Positions 1-8,664 of a DNA stretch of 64,000 nt are shown here, one piece after another. Numbering within the stretch: position 1 is the first letter of the stretch; every line of letters starts with the position of its first letter. Under the pieces are notes generated by a model, which was given only the letters and a program-made list of their open reading frames with translations, was not told the DNA's origin and ran no database searches. The stretch comes from Phycisphaeraceae bacterium (GTDB lineage Bacteria > Planctomycetota > Phycisphaerae > Phycisphaerales > Phycisphaeraceae). The stretch spans positions 1,367 through 65,366 of the forward strand of contig JBBDMX010000099.1 in the NCBI GenBank assembly GCA_040878035.1. The letters run 5' to 3'. Position numbers and translations under genes: made by a program.

Positions 1-743
1 GCATTCCTCGGCAGCGGGCGCCTCGGCGATGATCACGCCACCGGGGTCGGCGATGAAGGAGCTGCCCCAAAACTCCAGATCGTCCTCGACGCCGATGCGG
101 TTGATGGCGGCGACGAACACGCCGTTGGCAATGGCGTGGGCGCGTTGAATGGTCTGCCAGGCCTCCTTCTGTTGCCGGCGGTCGGCGGGCTTTTCGAGGT
201 GATACCAGCCGATGGCCGTCGGGTAGAAAAGGATCTGTGCCCCCGCCAGGGCGGTGAGCCGCGCGGCCTCGGGGTACCACTGGTCCCAGCACACGAGCAT
301 GCCGGTGGTCGCCTGGCGCATCGACTGCGTGGTGAATCCCAGATCGCCGGGCGTGAAGTAATACTTCTCGTAGAAGCGCGGATCGTCGGGGATGTGCATC
401 TTGCGGTACTTGCCGACGATCTTGCCCGCCGGGTTGATCATAATGCTGGTGTTGTGATACAGGCCCGGGGCTCGTTGCTCAAAGAGCGAGGCGGTGAGTT
501 CGACCTTGTGCTTCCTGGCCGCGGCACAGAGTTTCTGGGAGGTGGGACCGGGGATCGGCTCGGCCAGGGCGAAGCGCGATGGGTCCTGGACCTGGCAAAA
601 ATAGGTGTTGGCGAAAAGCTCCTGGGTGGCGATGATCTGGGCGCCTTGGCGGGCGGCGTCGGCGATGAGGCGCAGCGTCGTGGCGACATTCTTGCGCTTG
701 TCCGGCCCGCAGGCGTGTTGGAGCAGGCCGAGGCGGACCATCG
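1..743 (-). CDS. Carbon-nitrogen hydrolase, N-carbamoylputrescine amidase-like; C-terminus runs off the window start
   Basis: Reverse translation from ATG at 743..741 gives MVRLGLLQHACGPDKRKNVATTLRLIADAARQGAQIIATQELFANTYFCQ...IMINPAGKIVGKYRKMHIPDDP...MLVCWDQWYPEAAR (nitrilase-superfamily E-K-C context). It is absent from the ORF track because there is no in-window stop. The listed + strand ORF 136..804 is its antisense. Confidence 0.75.
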
Positions 744-745
744 AG

Positions 746-782
746 TCATTTCGGATTTCGGATTTCGGATTTCGGATTTTCA
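746..782. repeat. Heptamer microsatellite (TTTCGGA/CGGATTT)n with a conserved TTTTCAAGG tail (REP-A family)
   Basis: gtcatttcggatttcggatttcggatttcggattttcaagg read directly. The same array recurs at 10598-10650, 10828-10898, 48459-48491 and 52676-52698. Confidence 0.85.
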
Positions 783-902
783 AGGCAGGTGTTCCGTATT
801 GTGATCTTATGGTACGACACAACCAGCGCGCCGCGTCAAGCCGGTTCGTCGTGGCGCGCCATGGCCGGTATCATCGGCGTCCCTCCCGATGGTGAGTCAA
901 CG

Positions 903-2372
903 ATGAATCGCTCGTACCAGGATTCCACGCCCAGCGCGGCTGTCGCCGAGCCGATTGATGCTCCCGATGCATCGATCAGCCGGCCTCCCGCGCGGGTCGG
1001 GACGGGCGAGTTGTCGGGCCGACTGGCGGGACTGTCGCTGCCGCGCCAGGTGCTGGTCCTGGCGATCTGGCCCTTGATGGAGCAGATTCTCAACTTTCTG
1101 GTGGGCATGACGGACCTGATGCTGGCCGGGCGGCTGTCGCCTGATGCCGTCAAGGTGGCGGCGATCGACGCCCTGGGCGTGGCGGGCTACATCGGCTGGG
1201 CGATGAACCTGCTCCAGGCGGCGGTGGGCGTGGGCTCAGCGGCACTGATCGCCCGCGCCATCGGCGCCCGCCATCGCCGCGTCGCCAACTCTGCCCTGGG
1301 CCAATCGCTGCTGCTGGCCACATGCAGCGGCGTGACGGTTGGGGTCGTGATCTACCTGGGTGCCGGGGTCATCGGGCGGTTTGCCGGCCTGGAAGGCCAG
1401 GGCCTGGCGTTCTGCATCACTTACCTGCGCATCGTCAGCCTCGTGGCGCCCGCCAGCGCCATCCTCTTTGTCGGCAGTGCCTGCCTGCGCGGCGCCGGCG
1501 ACACGCGAACGCCCTTTGCCGTGATGGTCGTCGTGAATCTCACCAACGCCGTGGCCAGCATCCTGCTGGTGTTCGGCCCGGCGCCGCTGGGCGGACACGG
1601 CGTGGCGGGCATCGCCGCCGGCACCGCCATCGCCTGGATCGTCGGCGCCGCCATCGTCCTGACCGTGCTGATCCGCGGCTGGGGCGGCATCCGCCTGCGC
1701 CTCATCCGCCTGCGCCCCCATGCCTACACGATGAAGCGCATCGTCCGCGTGGGCCTGCCCAATCTCGCCGAATCCTCGGGCATGTGGATCGGCAACTTCC
1801 TGATTCTCAAGATCGTCGGCGCCCTGGGCATCTACGGCGCCATCGGCGCGCACATGATCGCCATCCGCATCGAGGCGATCAGCTTTCTGCCGGGCTTCGC
1901 CATCGGGCTGGCGGCCGCGACGCTCACGGGCCAGTACCTGGGCGCGGGCAATCCGCAGCGTGCCCGCCAGGCGGTGCTGCTTTGCTGGTTCGCCGGCGCG
2001 GGCATCATGATGCTGCTGGGCCTGGTGTTCATTCTCATTCCCGAGCAGTTGGTCTGGCTGATCAGCAATGCCGACACGCACATGGAGCAGGCTCCGCGCC
2101 TGGTGCGCATGGCCGGGTTCATCCAGGTGTTCTTTGGCACCTATGCCGTGCTGTCCAACGCCATTCGCGGCGCCGGCGACACCCGCAGCGCCATGCTGAT
2201 GACTTACGCCTCCACTTTTCTCATCCGTCTGCCCGCGGCGGCACTGCTGGGCGTGGTCCTTGACCTGGGGTTGCTGGGCGTGTGGATCGCGCTGTGCGGG
2301 GAGCTGATAATCCGCGGCGGCATGTTCGCGGCGCGATTCCTGCACGGCGGGTGGGCGAAGGTGAAGGTGTGA
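903..2372 (+). CDS. MATE family multidrug efflux transporter
   Basis: ORF 789..2372, ~12 predicted TM helices, MATE-like LVLAIWPLMEQILNFLVGMTDLMLAGRL and a duplicated half-repeat. Start chosen at MNRSYQD (903); the upstream in-frame Met at 789 is an alternative. Confidence 0.8.
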   Translation: MNRSYQDSTPSAAVAEPIDAPDASISRPPARVGTGELSGRLAGLSLPRQVLVLAIWPLMEQILNFLVGMTDLMLAGRLSPDAVKVAAIDALGVAGYIGWAMNLLQAAVGVGSAALIARAIGARHRRVANSALGQSLLLATCSGVTVGVVIYLGAGVIGRFAGLEGQGLAFCITYLRIVSLVAPASAILFVGSACLRGAGDTRTPFAVMVVVNLTNAVASILLVFGPAPLGGHGVAGIAAGTAIAWIVGAAIVLTVLIRGWGGIRLRLIRLRPHAYTMKRIVRVGLPNLAESSGMWIGNFLILKIVGALGIYGAIGAHMIAIRIEAISFLPGFAIGLAAATLTGQYLGAGNPQRARQAVLLCWFAGAGIMMLLGLVFILIPEQLVWLISNADTHMEQAPRLVRMAGFIQVFFGTYAVLSNAIRGAGDTRSAMLMTYASTFLIRLPAAALLGVVLDLGLLGVWIALCGELIIRGGMFAARFLHGGWAKVKV

Positions 2373-2455
2373 TGCACCCTCACTCGAGGAGAGGGTGCGC
2401 CCCTGGTACGACTCGGGCTCGGCTTGGCGACAACACCACAGGAACTCAAACGCCC

Positions 2456-3760
2456 ATGATCCGCATCAGTGACAACCGACGTTTCCTCATCAACGACGAT
2501 GGTTCACCTTTCTTCTATTTGGCCGACACCGCGTGGGAGCTGTTCCACCGCCTTACCCGCGAGGATGCCCGCTTCTATCTGCGTGATCGCGCGGCCAAGG
2601 GGTTCAACGTCATCCAGGCGGTGCTGCTGGCGGAGTTCAACGGATTGACGCTGCCCAACGCCTATGGCCACCTGCCGCTAGAGAACGGCGACCCGGCGCG
2701 ACCCATCGACGCTTACTTCCAGCACGTGGATTGGATCGTGGACCAGGCCGCGGCGCTGGGCCTGTACATCGGCATGCTGCCGACCTGGGGCGACAAATGG
2801 AACAAGAAATGGGGCACCGGGCCGGAGATCTTCACGCCGGACAACGCGCGGGTGTATGGCCGCTACGTGGGCCGGCGCTATCGCGACAAGCCGATTATCT
2901 GGATTATGGGCGGTGATAGGCATGTCGAGACCGAGCCGCATTTGGCGATTCTCATCGCCATGGCCCAGGGCATCCGCGACGCGGGCGCCGACCAACTCAT
3001 GACCCTGCACCCGCATGGCGGCCACGGATCATCAGAGTCCGTGCACCAGCAGCCGTGGCTTGACTTCAACATGTGGCAGTCCGGCCACGCGCGGCGCTAC
3101 AACCCCAACTGGCGCATGATCGACGGCGACTACCAGCTCATGCCGACCAAGCCGACGCTCGATGGTGAGCCGTGGTACGAAAACCACCCGGTAGCGCACG
3201 GCAAGCAGAGCATCTGGTGCGACGAGCACGATGTGCGCTGCCTGGCATACTGGGCGGTGTTCCACGGCGCCTGCGGGCACACCTACGGCTGCCATGACAT
3301 GTGGGGCTTTACCGAGCCGGGGTGGCAGCCCGTCGCCACCGTGCGCGGCCACTGGTTCGATTCGATCCACCTGCCCGGCGCCCGCCAAGTCGGCTACTTG
3401 AAGAACCTGATGCTCTCGCGACCGTATCTGACCCGCATTCCCGATCAGTCGATTCTGATCGGCGACGCCGGTTGTGAATCCGACCATCGCGCTGCTACGC
3501 GCGACGGCACCGTGGGCCAAAAGGACGCAACCTATGTCATGGCCTACTGCCCCACACCCGCAGCGCAAGCGCTGGACACTTCGGTCATCGCCGGGGCGAA
3601 GCTGCGCGTTTGGAGCTTCAATCCGCGCAGCAGCCACGCGCGGCGGGAACGCGAGATCGACAATGCGGGCCGGTTTCACACCGACCGCTCGCAGGTCGGG
3701 CCGGACCGTGTGATCGTGATCGATGATGCGGCGCGGGATTACCCGCCGCCGGGGAGTTGA
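2456..3760 (+). CDS. GH140-like (DUF4038/DUF5060) glycoside hydrolase
   Basis: MIRISDNRRFLINDDGSPFFYLADTAWELFHRLTREDARFYLRDRAAKGFNVIQAVLLAEF... is typical of the DUF4038 apiosidase-like TIM barrel. Start at ATG 2456 inside ORF 2282..3760. Confidence 0.6.
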   Translation: MIRISDNRRFLINDDGSPFFYLADTAWELFHRLTREDARFYLRDRAAKGFNVIQAVLLAEFNGLTLPNAYGHLPLENGDPARPIDAYFQHVDWIVDQAAALGLYIGMLPTWGDKWNKKWGTGPEIFTPDNARVYGRYVGRRYRDKPIIWIMGGDRHVETEPHLAILIAMAQGIRDAGADQLMTLHPHGGHGSSESVHQQPWLDFNMWQSGHARRYNPNWRMIDGDYQLMPTKPTLDGEPWYENHPVAHGKQSIWCDEHDVRCLAYWAVFHGACGHTYGCHDMWGFTEPGWQPVATVRGHWFDSIHLPGARQVGYLKNLMLSRPYLTRIPDQSILIGDAGCESDHRAATRDGTVGQKDATYVMAYCPTPAAQALDTSVIAGAKLRVWSFNPRSSHARREREIDNAGRFHTDRSQVGPDRVIVIDDAARDYPPPGS

Positions 3761-3780
3761 CTCGGAATATTCACCACGGA

Positions 3781-4050
3781 GGACGAAGAGAAAAAGGCGT
3801 GAACACGAAGACACGAAGGCACGAGGAGGAAAAAAGGCGAAGGAACCGCGGATGAATGCGGACAAACGCGGATAGAAGGCAGAAAGATCAAATAAGGATC
3901 GAGTGGTTGATGTTCATCCTGTCTGTCCTTGCATGGATCCTCTTGCTTTTTTCATCCGCGTCCATTCGCGTCCATCCGCGGTTTCTTCTTCTTCGTGTCT
4001 TCGTGCCTTCGTGTTCATCCCCGTTCCCTCTTCTCCGTGTTCTCCGTCGT
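3781..4050. terminator. Composite long hairpin built from tandem 8-10 nt units (GAACACGAAG / CGCGGATGAA), between convergent genes; candidate bidirectional terminator
   Basis: gaacacgaagacacgaaggcacgagg pairs with cttcgtgtcttcgtgccttcgtgttc, and gcggatgaatgcggacaaacgcggat pairs with catccgcgtccattcgcgtccatccgcgg (nested inverted repeats). Confidence 0.55.
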
Positions 4051-4062
4051 AAATGGTTCGCA

Positions 4063-5031
4063 TCAATCACGCTGTGCCTCGGCGCGGGGGCTGGGCGGAC
4101 CGACGGCTGGGCCCGCGGCCGGACCGGTCGCCGGGCCTGCGCCAGCATCGCGCCGCCCTCGGCCTTGCGGGCGATTGTCCATCAGCACATACACGCGGTC
4201 GCGATGCTCGGCGGGAATCGCCGCCTCCACCTGCCGCTTGGCGATCCCCATGTTCGTCCGCCGCGACATGTGCGTCAGCACGATCGCCTCGGCCTTGCTC
4301 TTGGACAGCAGCGTGACGATGTCGTCCAGGTGCAGGTGCATGCCGATGTTGGCCCGGCCGCGATGCTCGGCCTCGAGAAAGGTGCACTCGGTGATGAGGA
4401 TCTTGGCATTGAGCACGTCCGGCCGGTCAAAGTGCTTGCCCCAGGCCGTGTCGCCCGTGTAGCACACCAGCGGGATCTCGTGCTGATCGGTGATGGCCTT
4501 GCCCGCGGTCTTGAGCTTCATCAACTCCTCCTGGGGTAGACCCGCCAGTTCGGCCTTGAGCTTACTCCGCCGCTCCAGCACCACATAACCCAGCGAGGGA
4601 ACGCGATGCTCGGTCGCAAAGCCACGCAGAAAGATATTGTTCTTGATCTCGACTTCGTTGTCGGGCGCCAGGCCGATGACGCGGTAAGGCGTCTTCTGGG
4701 CCTCGATGTCGATCCAGGCGCGCATGAGATTGTGGATCGGCTTCTCCAGGTCGGGGTGACAGACGACGGTGCCCTCGCCCATGCCCTGGAAGGCACGTTG
4801 GGAGAAGTAGTATGCCAGTCCCGCCGAGTGATCCATGTGCCCGTGCGACAGGGCGACGTACTTGCTGGTCAGCGCGGTGCGCGGGCAGCGGCCGATGTCA
4901 AAGCACACGTCCAGCTCGGGCACCTGCACGACCGACTCTTCGCCGGCAATGGAAATGCCCTGCACGCGGTAAGGCGGCAGATAGAGAAAACAGGTGGGGG
5001 GACAGCGCGGCGGTTCTTTGGGAACAGACAT
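4063..5031 (-). CDS. MBL-fold metallo-hydrolase, RNase Z (ElaC)-like, with a low-complexity G/P/A C-terminal tail
   Basis: HxHxDH motif in LSHGHMDHSAGL, plus downstream His/Asp ligand spacing. Start at Met MSVPKEPP (cat at 5029-5031) within ORF 4063..5223. Confidence 0.6.
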   Translation of the reverse strand: MSVPKEPPRCPPTCFLYLPPYRVQGISIAGEESVVQVPELDVCFDIGRCPRTALTSKYVALSHGHMDHSAGLAYYFSQRAFQGMGEGTVVCHPDLEKPIHNLMRAWIDIEAQKTPYRVIGLAPDNEVEIKNNIFLRGFATEHRVPSLGYVVLERRSKLKAELAGLPQEELMKLKTAGKAITDQHEIPLVCYTGDTAWGKHFDRPDVLNAKILITECTFLEAEHRGRANIGMHLHLDDIVTLLSKSKAEAIVLTHMSRRTNMGIAKRQVEAAIPAEHRDRVYVLMDNRPQGRGRRDAGAGPATGPAAGPAVGPPSPRAEAQRD

Positions 5032-5175
5032 CGGGAGAGCCTGGGGGTCAGTGTCCAACAGCAAAAAACCCGGGAACGGCGTCGATCCACAGCGGGCGGC
5101 CTGGCGATGAACAAAGTCATGACAAGCCCGACACTGACCACAAGGCCCCTGGCAAACGGGTCGCCGAACCCAACA

Positions 5176-5255
5176 GGCCGCGGTGGGATTCGAACCCACG
5201 AAGCTTTCGCAACGGATTTGCAATCCGCCCCATTAGTCCACTCTGGCACGCGGCC
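5176..5255 (-). tRNA. tRNA-Cys (anticodon GCA), 80 nt, with a 12-nt variable arm (4-bp stem) and no encoded CCA
   Basis: Reverse complement GGCCGCGTGCCAGAGTGGACTAATGGGGCGGATTGCAAATCCGTTGCGAAAGCTTCGTGGGTTCGAATCCCACCGCGGCC. It has a 7-bp acceptor stem, a GTGGG-TTCGAAT-CCCAC T-arm, and an anticodon stem-loop GCGGA-TTGCAAA-TCCGT matching E. coli tRNA-Cys. CGAA-AGC-TTCG forms an extra arm. Confidence 0.6.
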
Positions 5256-5732
5256 GGAAGCGGCTATTGTACGCCCCAACCGCAGGTTATGCCACTTGGT
5301 TGCCAACGCTCGAAAAGTGATTGCGTCCAGATTTGCGTCGCTTTCGGACGCAGCCGCGGATAGCGACGCTTTCGCTGAGTTCGGGTCGCGCTGTACCGCT
5401 GCCAAATGCGAAGTAGGCGGTCACGTATCGGTATTCACAGCACAAGTTCAGCGTAGGATGGCAGGAAGCGCTACACGTCCCGATACGCCCCGATATCCTC
5501 TGCGGTGGGCTCGAAATCTCCGGGCAACCACTCGTCAGTACAGGGCATCGCCCAGTCCAAATGAAGCCGCTCTTTACGGGTGAATCGTGGGATGCGCAAC
5601 TCGCACGGATCGGAAGCAAATGAGTTCCGGTAGTAGATGGTGCTGTCGAGCCCCGCGGCGAGGAGCTTGCGTTTGTCGTCGGGAGCGCAAAACATCCCAC
5701 CGACTGTCAGCATCTGGTGCCCGTCCTTGGAA

Positions 5733-6044
5733 CCTGAGTTCGGGATAAGCCATGAGTTGCTGGAGAAGCGCCGGGCCGAGAACCAGGTGTCTTGCAGGCC
5801 CAAAGGGCTGTGATCCCTCAGCCCGGCCCAACGGGCCGGGAACCTCGGCCACCCGGTCTGGCAGGCCCCAACGGGGCGGTATAGGGATGCTCGATCATGC
5901 CAGCGATCAGGCGATATCGCGGCCCTTCAGGCCGCAGAACACGCCACACCGTCGACCCCCCAGCCCGTTGGGCTGGGCTGAGGAATACCGGCCCTTCGGG
6001 CCTCAAAGAAGCTTCACGACGCGCGGGCTTATCCCGAACTCAGG
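5733..6044. repeat. ~312-bp element bounded by a perfect 19-bp terminal inverted repeat (cctgagttcgggataagcc / ggcttatcccgaactcagg); MITE-like or structured RNA
   Basis: IR arms at 5733-5751 and 6026-6044. The interior is packed with short hairpins (ggcccttcaggcc, ggcccttcgggcc, cagcccgttgggctg). It lies ~480 bp from the tRNA in a lower-GC stretch without a convincing CDS. Confidence 0.45.
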
Positions 6045-6347
6045 TTAAGACGCGTTGCCGCTCGGAGTGCAGTTCCGGATCGTGTTGAAGTGGCGATGGC
6101 ACAGGCGGCGCGGCGGTCAGGAATCACCAGCTACAAGAGGCTGATGCGCCAATCAGCCAAGCCCGCACGTCGTAGCTGCGACCCCCTGCAATAGTGCCGC
6201 ATCGACATGGCTGAAACCTGTCGCCGCCCAGTTGCCTGATCATCTTACACGGGCGGATGTTGAAGAACGTCTGCCCCCCGTCGCGGACGGGCGGCGCTGT
6301 GCTGTCATCGCGGCGGCGAAGTATAATCACACCCCACTATCTTCTGA

Positions 6348-7124
6348 ATGGGGTGGGTCATGACTCTGATCGTTGCGAGCAGTCTGGCGGAGACCGTGGA
6401 GGCGGTTAACGAGGCGTGGTTCGAGGGTCGGTGTGTCGCGGCCGATGAGCGGCTGGCGGCGGCGCGGTGGATCGCGGCGCGGCAGGGATTGCCCGGCAGC
6501 TACGCCGGCTCGTTCGCCCTGCTTCCGGACGAGGCGCGCCAGGGCGTCCGCCTGTTCACCGGCGAGCGCGCGACCAATGCCGGGGCGCGGCACATCCTGG
6601 GGCAGGAAGCCTGCCGGGTGCTGCGGCTGATGAAGGTGCGCGACCGTGCGGTCGACGCGGCCCTGGCGACGGCGACGAGTAATCTTGATGCTCGCATCGG
6701 CCCGGTGCGCCCTCCCTCCGGGGCCGGGGGCGGGGCCGGGGGCAGCAGTCACTGGTGGGAGCCGTATCTCGGCGGCGTGTACTGTTGCGGCCGATGCAGC
6801 GTCGGCTACTGGCGACATCTTTCAGTCGGCGGCTTCGACGACCAGGAACGCCGCCTGGCGGTCGGCCTGCGCTGGTTGAAAGAGTGCCGCAAGGGCAATG
6901 GCAAGTCGCAGTCGAACGGGCGAGCGCCCGGCTTGTGGGGGTGGCGCGTCTTTCCGTTCTGGTACACCCTCTCGGCGTTGATGGAGATGGACCTGCCCGC
7001 CGCGGCGGATGAGATCCGTTACGTCGCCCCGCAACTCGAGCGTGTCGTCAGGCGCGTGCCGCGCGACGATCGCTACGCCCAGCGACGGCACGAGCTGGCC
7101 CAACGCGCCCTGGCACGGATCTGA
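6348..7124 (+). CDS. Hypothetical protein with a Cys-rich CCGRCSVGYW motif
   Basis: ORF 6348..7124, GC-rich codon usage like its neighbours. TATAAT sits at ~6322, and a 7-bp hairpin (caccccac...gtggggtg) overlaps the start. Confidence 0.5.
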   Translation: MGWVMTLIVASSLAETVEAVNEAWFEGRCVAADERLAAARWIAARQGLPGSYAGSFALLPDEARQGVRLFTGERATNAGARHILGQEACRVLRLMKVRDRAVDAALATATSNLDARIGPVRPPSGAGGGAGGSSHWWEPYLGGVYCCGRCSVGYWRHLSVGGFDDQERRLAVGLRWLKECRKGNGKSQSNGRAPGLWGWRVFPFWYTLSALMEMDLPAAADEIRYVAPQLERVVRRVPRDDRYAQRRHELAQRALARI

Positions 7125-7476
7125 ATCCGTCTTCGGATAGCCCTTTTGCCTCACACCGAAGCACAAAGACACAGAGAAACAGGATGACCGAAAACCCATT
7201 AGAAATCCGCCCCACTCGAATCGGTGACTTGGACTCCGTGGCCTCTAATTGCTGGGTGGGCCGACGTCCTCGCCGCCCTGCGCGGACGGTGGCAGGACCA
7301 GCCGGCCGCAACCGCCGTGGCGCAGCAGGTCCCACAACGATTGGGCGAATCCACACCGGTCAAGCAGTGACTGGTGCGTCTTCTGACCCATCGCCTCCAC
7401 AGGCTGCAACGCGACAGCGGCAGTTTGCACAAACTGGTCGGCGCCACCAAGAACAGCTGCCTTTCGGAGCATCGAC

Positions 7477-8664
7477 ATGATCGGCAAACATCCGTACAAC
7501 GGCGTCGTCTTGGTTTTGATAATCGCCGCGCTGTTGCTGCAACCGGGCTGTGGAGTATCAACCATGTCATCGAACACTGCTGTTTCATCGTCCACCACTC
7601 CATCCGATCGAGTCCACCGCGACGGCGAGAAGGTGTGGATCGACGGCGTGCAAGGTTTCCACCCCGACGAGTTTGCCAGCAGCATCCACGGCGTTTGGGC
7701 GCGCATGGGCCAGGCGGTCGGCGACGGGCCGAGCTACGAAGAGTTGATCTGCTACGGCGGGCTGGCGTTCCGTGTGCAGGTGCATGAGGCGATGTGCCCC
7801 AGTGCTGCTCATCCCTGTTGTGGGTACCAGTGCTTCGCCAATTCCGAGCGCGGCTTACCGTGGAAGATGCAGAAGTTCTTCGACTTCCCCTGGGATAAGC
7901 CCAAGGACGATCGCGCGGCTTTCGAGGCCCAGGCCCGGGCCGCGATTAAGGCCAGCATCGACCGCGGCATCCCCGTTCACTACGGCAGCGAGGAGGACGG
8001 GCTGATCATCGGTTACGCCGACGAGGGCCGGCGCTGGTGGTGCGTGCATCCGTATCACAAGGGCGGCAAGGCAGCGTTCTGGCACGACGAGGCGACGGGC
8101 TTTGCAGGCTCCAACGGCAAATGGCCGTGGGGCATTGGCGTGTGGACCCAGCCCAAGCCCGCGGCCGAGCGCGTGTCGCAGCGTGAGCTGACGGTCGCCG
8201 CCCTCAAGCAGGCGGTGGACATGTGGAAGATCCAGAAGCGTCAGGCCTATTTCGTGGGCGAGGCGGCCTACACGCACTGGCTGGGCTGGCTGCGTGACGT
8301 CGACGCTGGCAAGGTCGCCGACCCCAAGGCCGGCATGCAGGGCAACGGTTGGTGCTTCGACGTGCTGATCCACTCGCGGCGCATCGCCGGACCGTGGCTC
8401 AAGGCCAAGAGTCAGCAGTTCGACGGCGAGGCGCGCAAGCAACTGCTGGTCGCGGCGGACCATTACGGCCAGATCACCGAGGGATGCATGAAGGGCGTGA
8501 AATGCCCGTGGGACGTGACGCTGGGACCGGCGGAGTTCGGGAAGTGGACCAGCGCCCTGCGACAGGACGAGATCGCCCGACTCGAAGCCGCCCGCGATCA
8601 CGACCGCGCTGCGATTGCCGCGATCGAGCGCGCCCTGGCGAACCTCGAAGGGGCCTCGCAATGA
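7477..8664 (+). CDS. Lipoprotein, hypothetical (paralog A); papain-like Cys/His arrangement
   Basis: Signal peptide plus lipobox LLLQPGCG. It shares ordered motifs with the next gene (ICYGG/PSCMRAV, IxASIDxGxPV/I, LIIGYADEG/LICGYDEAG, and a C-terminal helical ARLEAARDHDRAAIAAIERALANLE / RRLDEQAIEHIEKALATI). Confidence 0.65.
   Translation: MIGKHPYNGVVLVLIIAALLLQPGCGVSTMSSNTAVSSSTTPSDRVHRDGEKVWIDGVQGFHPDEFASSIHGVWARMGQAVGDGPSYEELICYGGLAFRVQVHEAMCPSAAHPCCGYQCFANSERGLPWKMQKFFDFPWDKPKDDRAAFEAQARAAIKASIDRGIPVHYGSEEDGLIIGYADEGRRWWCVHPYHKGGKAAFWHDEATGFAGSNGKWPWGIGVWTQPKPAAERVSQRELTVAALKQAVDMWKIQKRQAYFVGEAAYTHWLGWLRDVDAGKVADPKAGMQGNGWCFDVLIHSRRIAGPWLKAKSQQFDGEARKQLLVAADHYGQITEGCMKGVKCPWDVTLGPAEFGKWTSALRQDEIARLEAARDHDRAAIAAIERALANLEGASQ

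Noticed and set aside
1236-2345. 369-aa reverse ORF inside the MATE gene
   Set aside because: Antisense shadow ORF with a Q/H/D/G-rich translation.
3856-4539. 227-aa + strand ORF spanning the 3.8-4.0 kb hairpin region
   Set aside because: It reads straight through the repeat-built hairpin and then runs antisense to the MBL gene. The translation is low complexity.
5256-6100. Possibility of a housekeeping ncRNA (RNase P RNA, tmRNA, SRP RNA) in the gene-free stretch beside the tRNA
   Set aside because: I found no P4-like GGAAAGTCCGGGC, no tRNA-like T-arm other than the annotated tRNA, and no SRP domain IV GGAAGCAGCC motif on either strand.
5256-6347. Integrated phage or island at the tRNA 3' flank
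   Set aside because: There is no integrase or any phage-like ORF. Only short dubious ORFs (for example 5471..5803) that overlap the inverted repeat.
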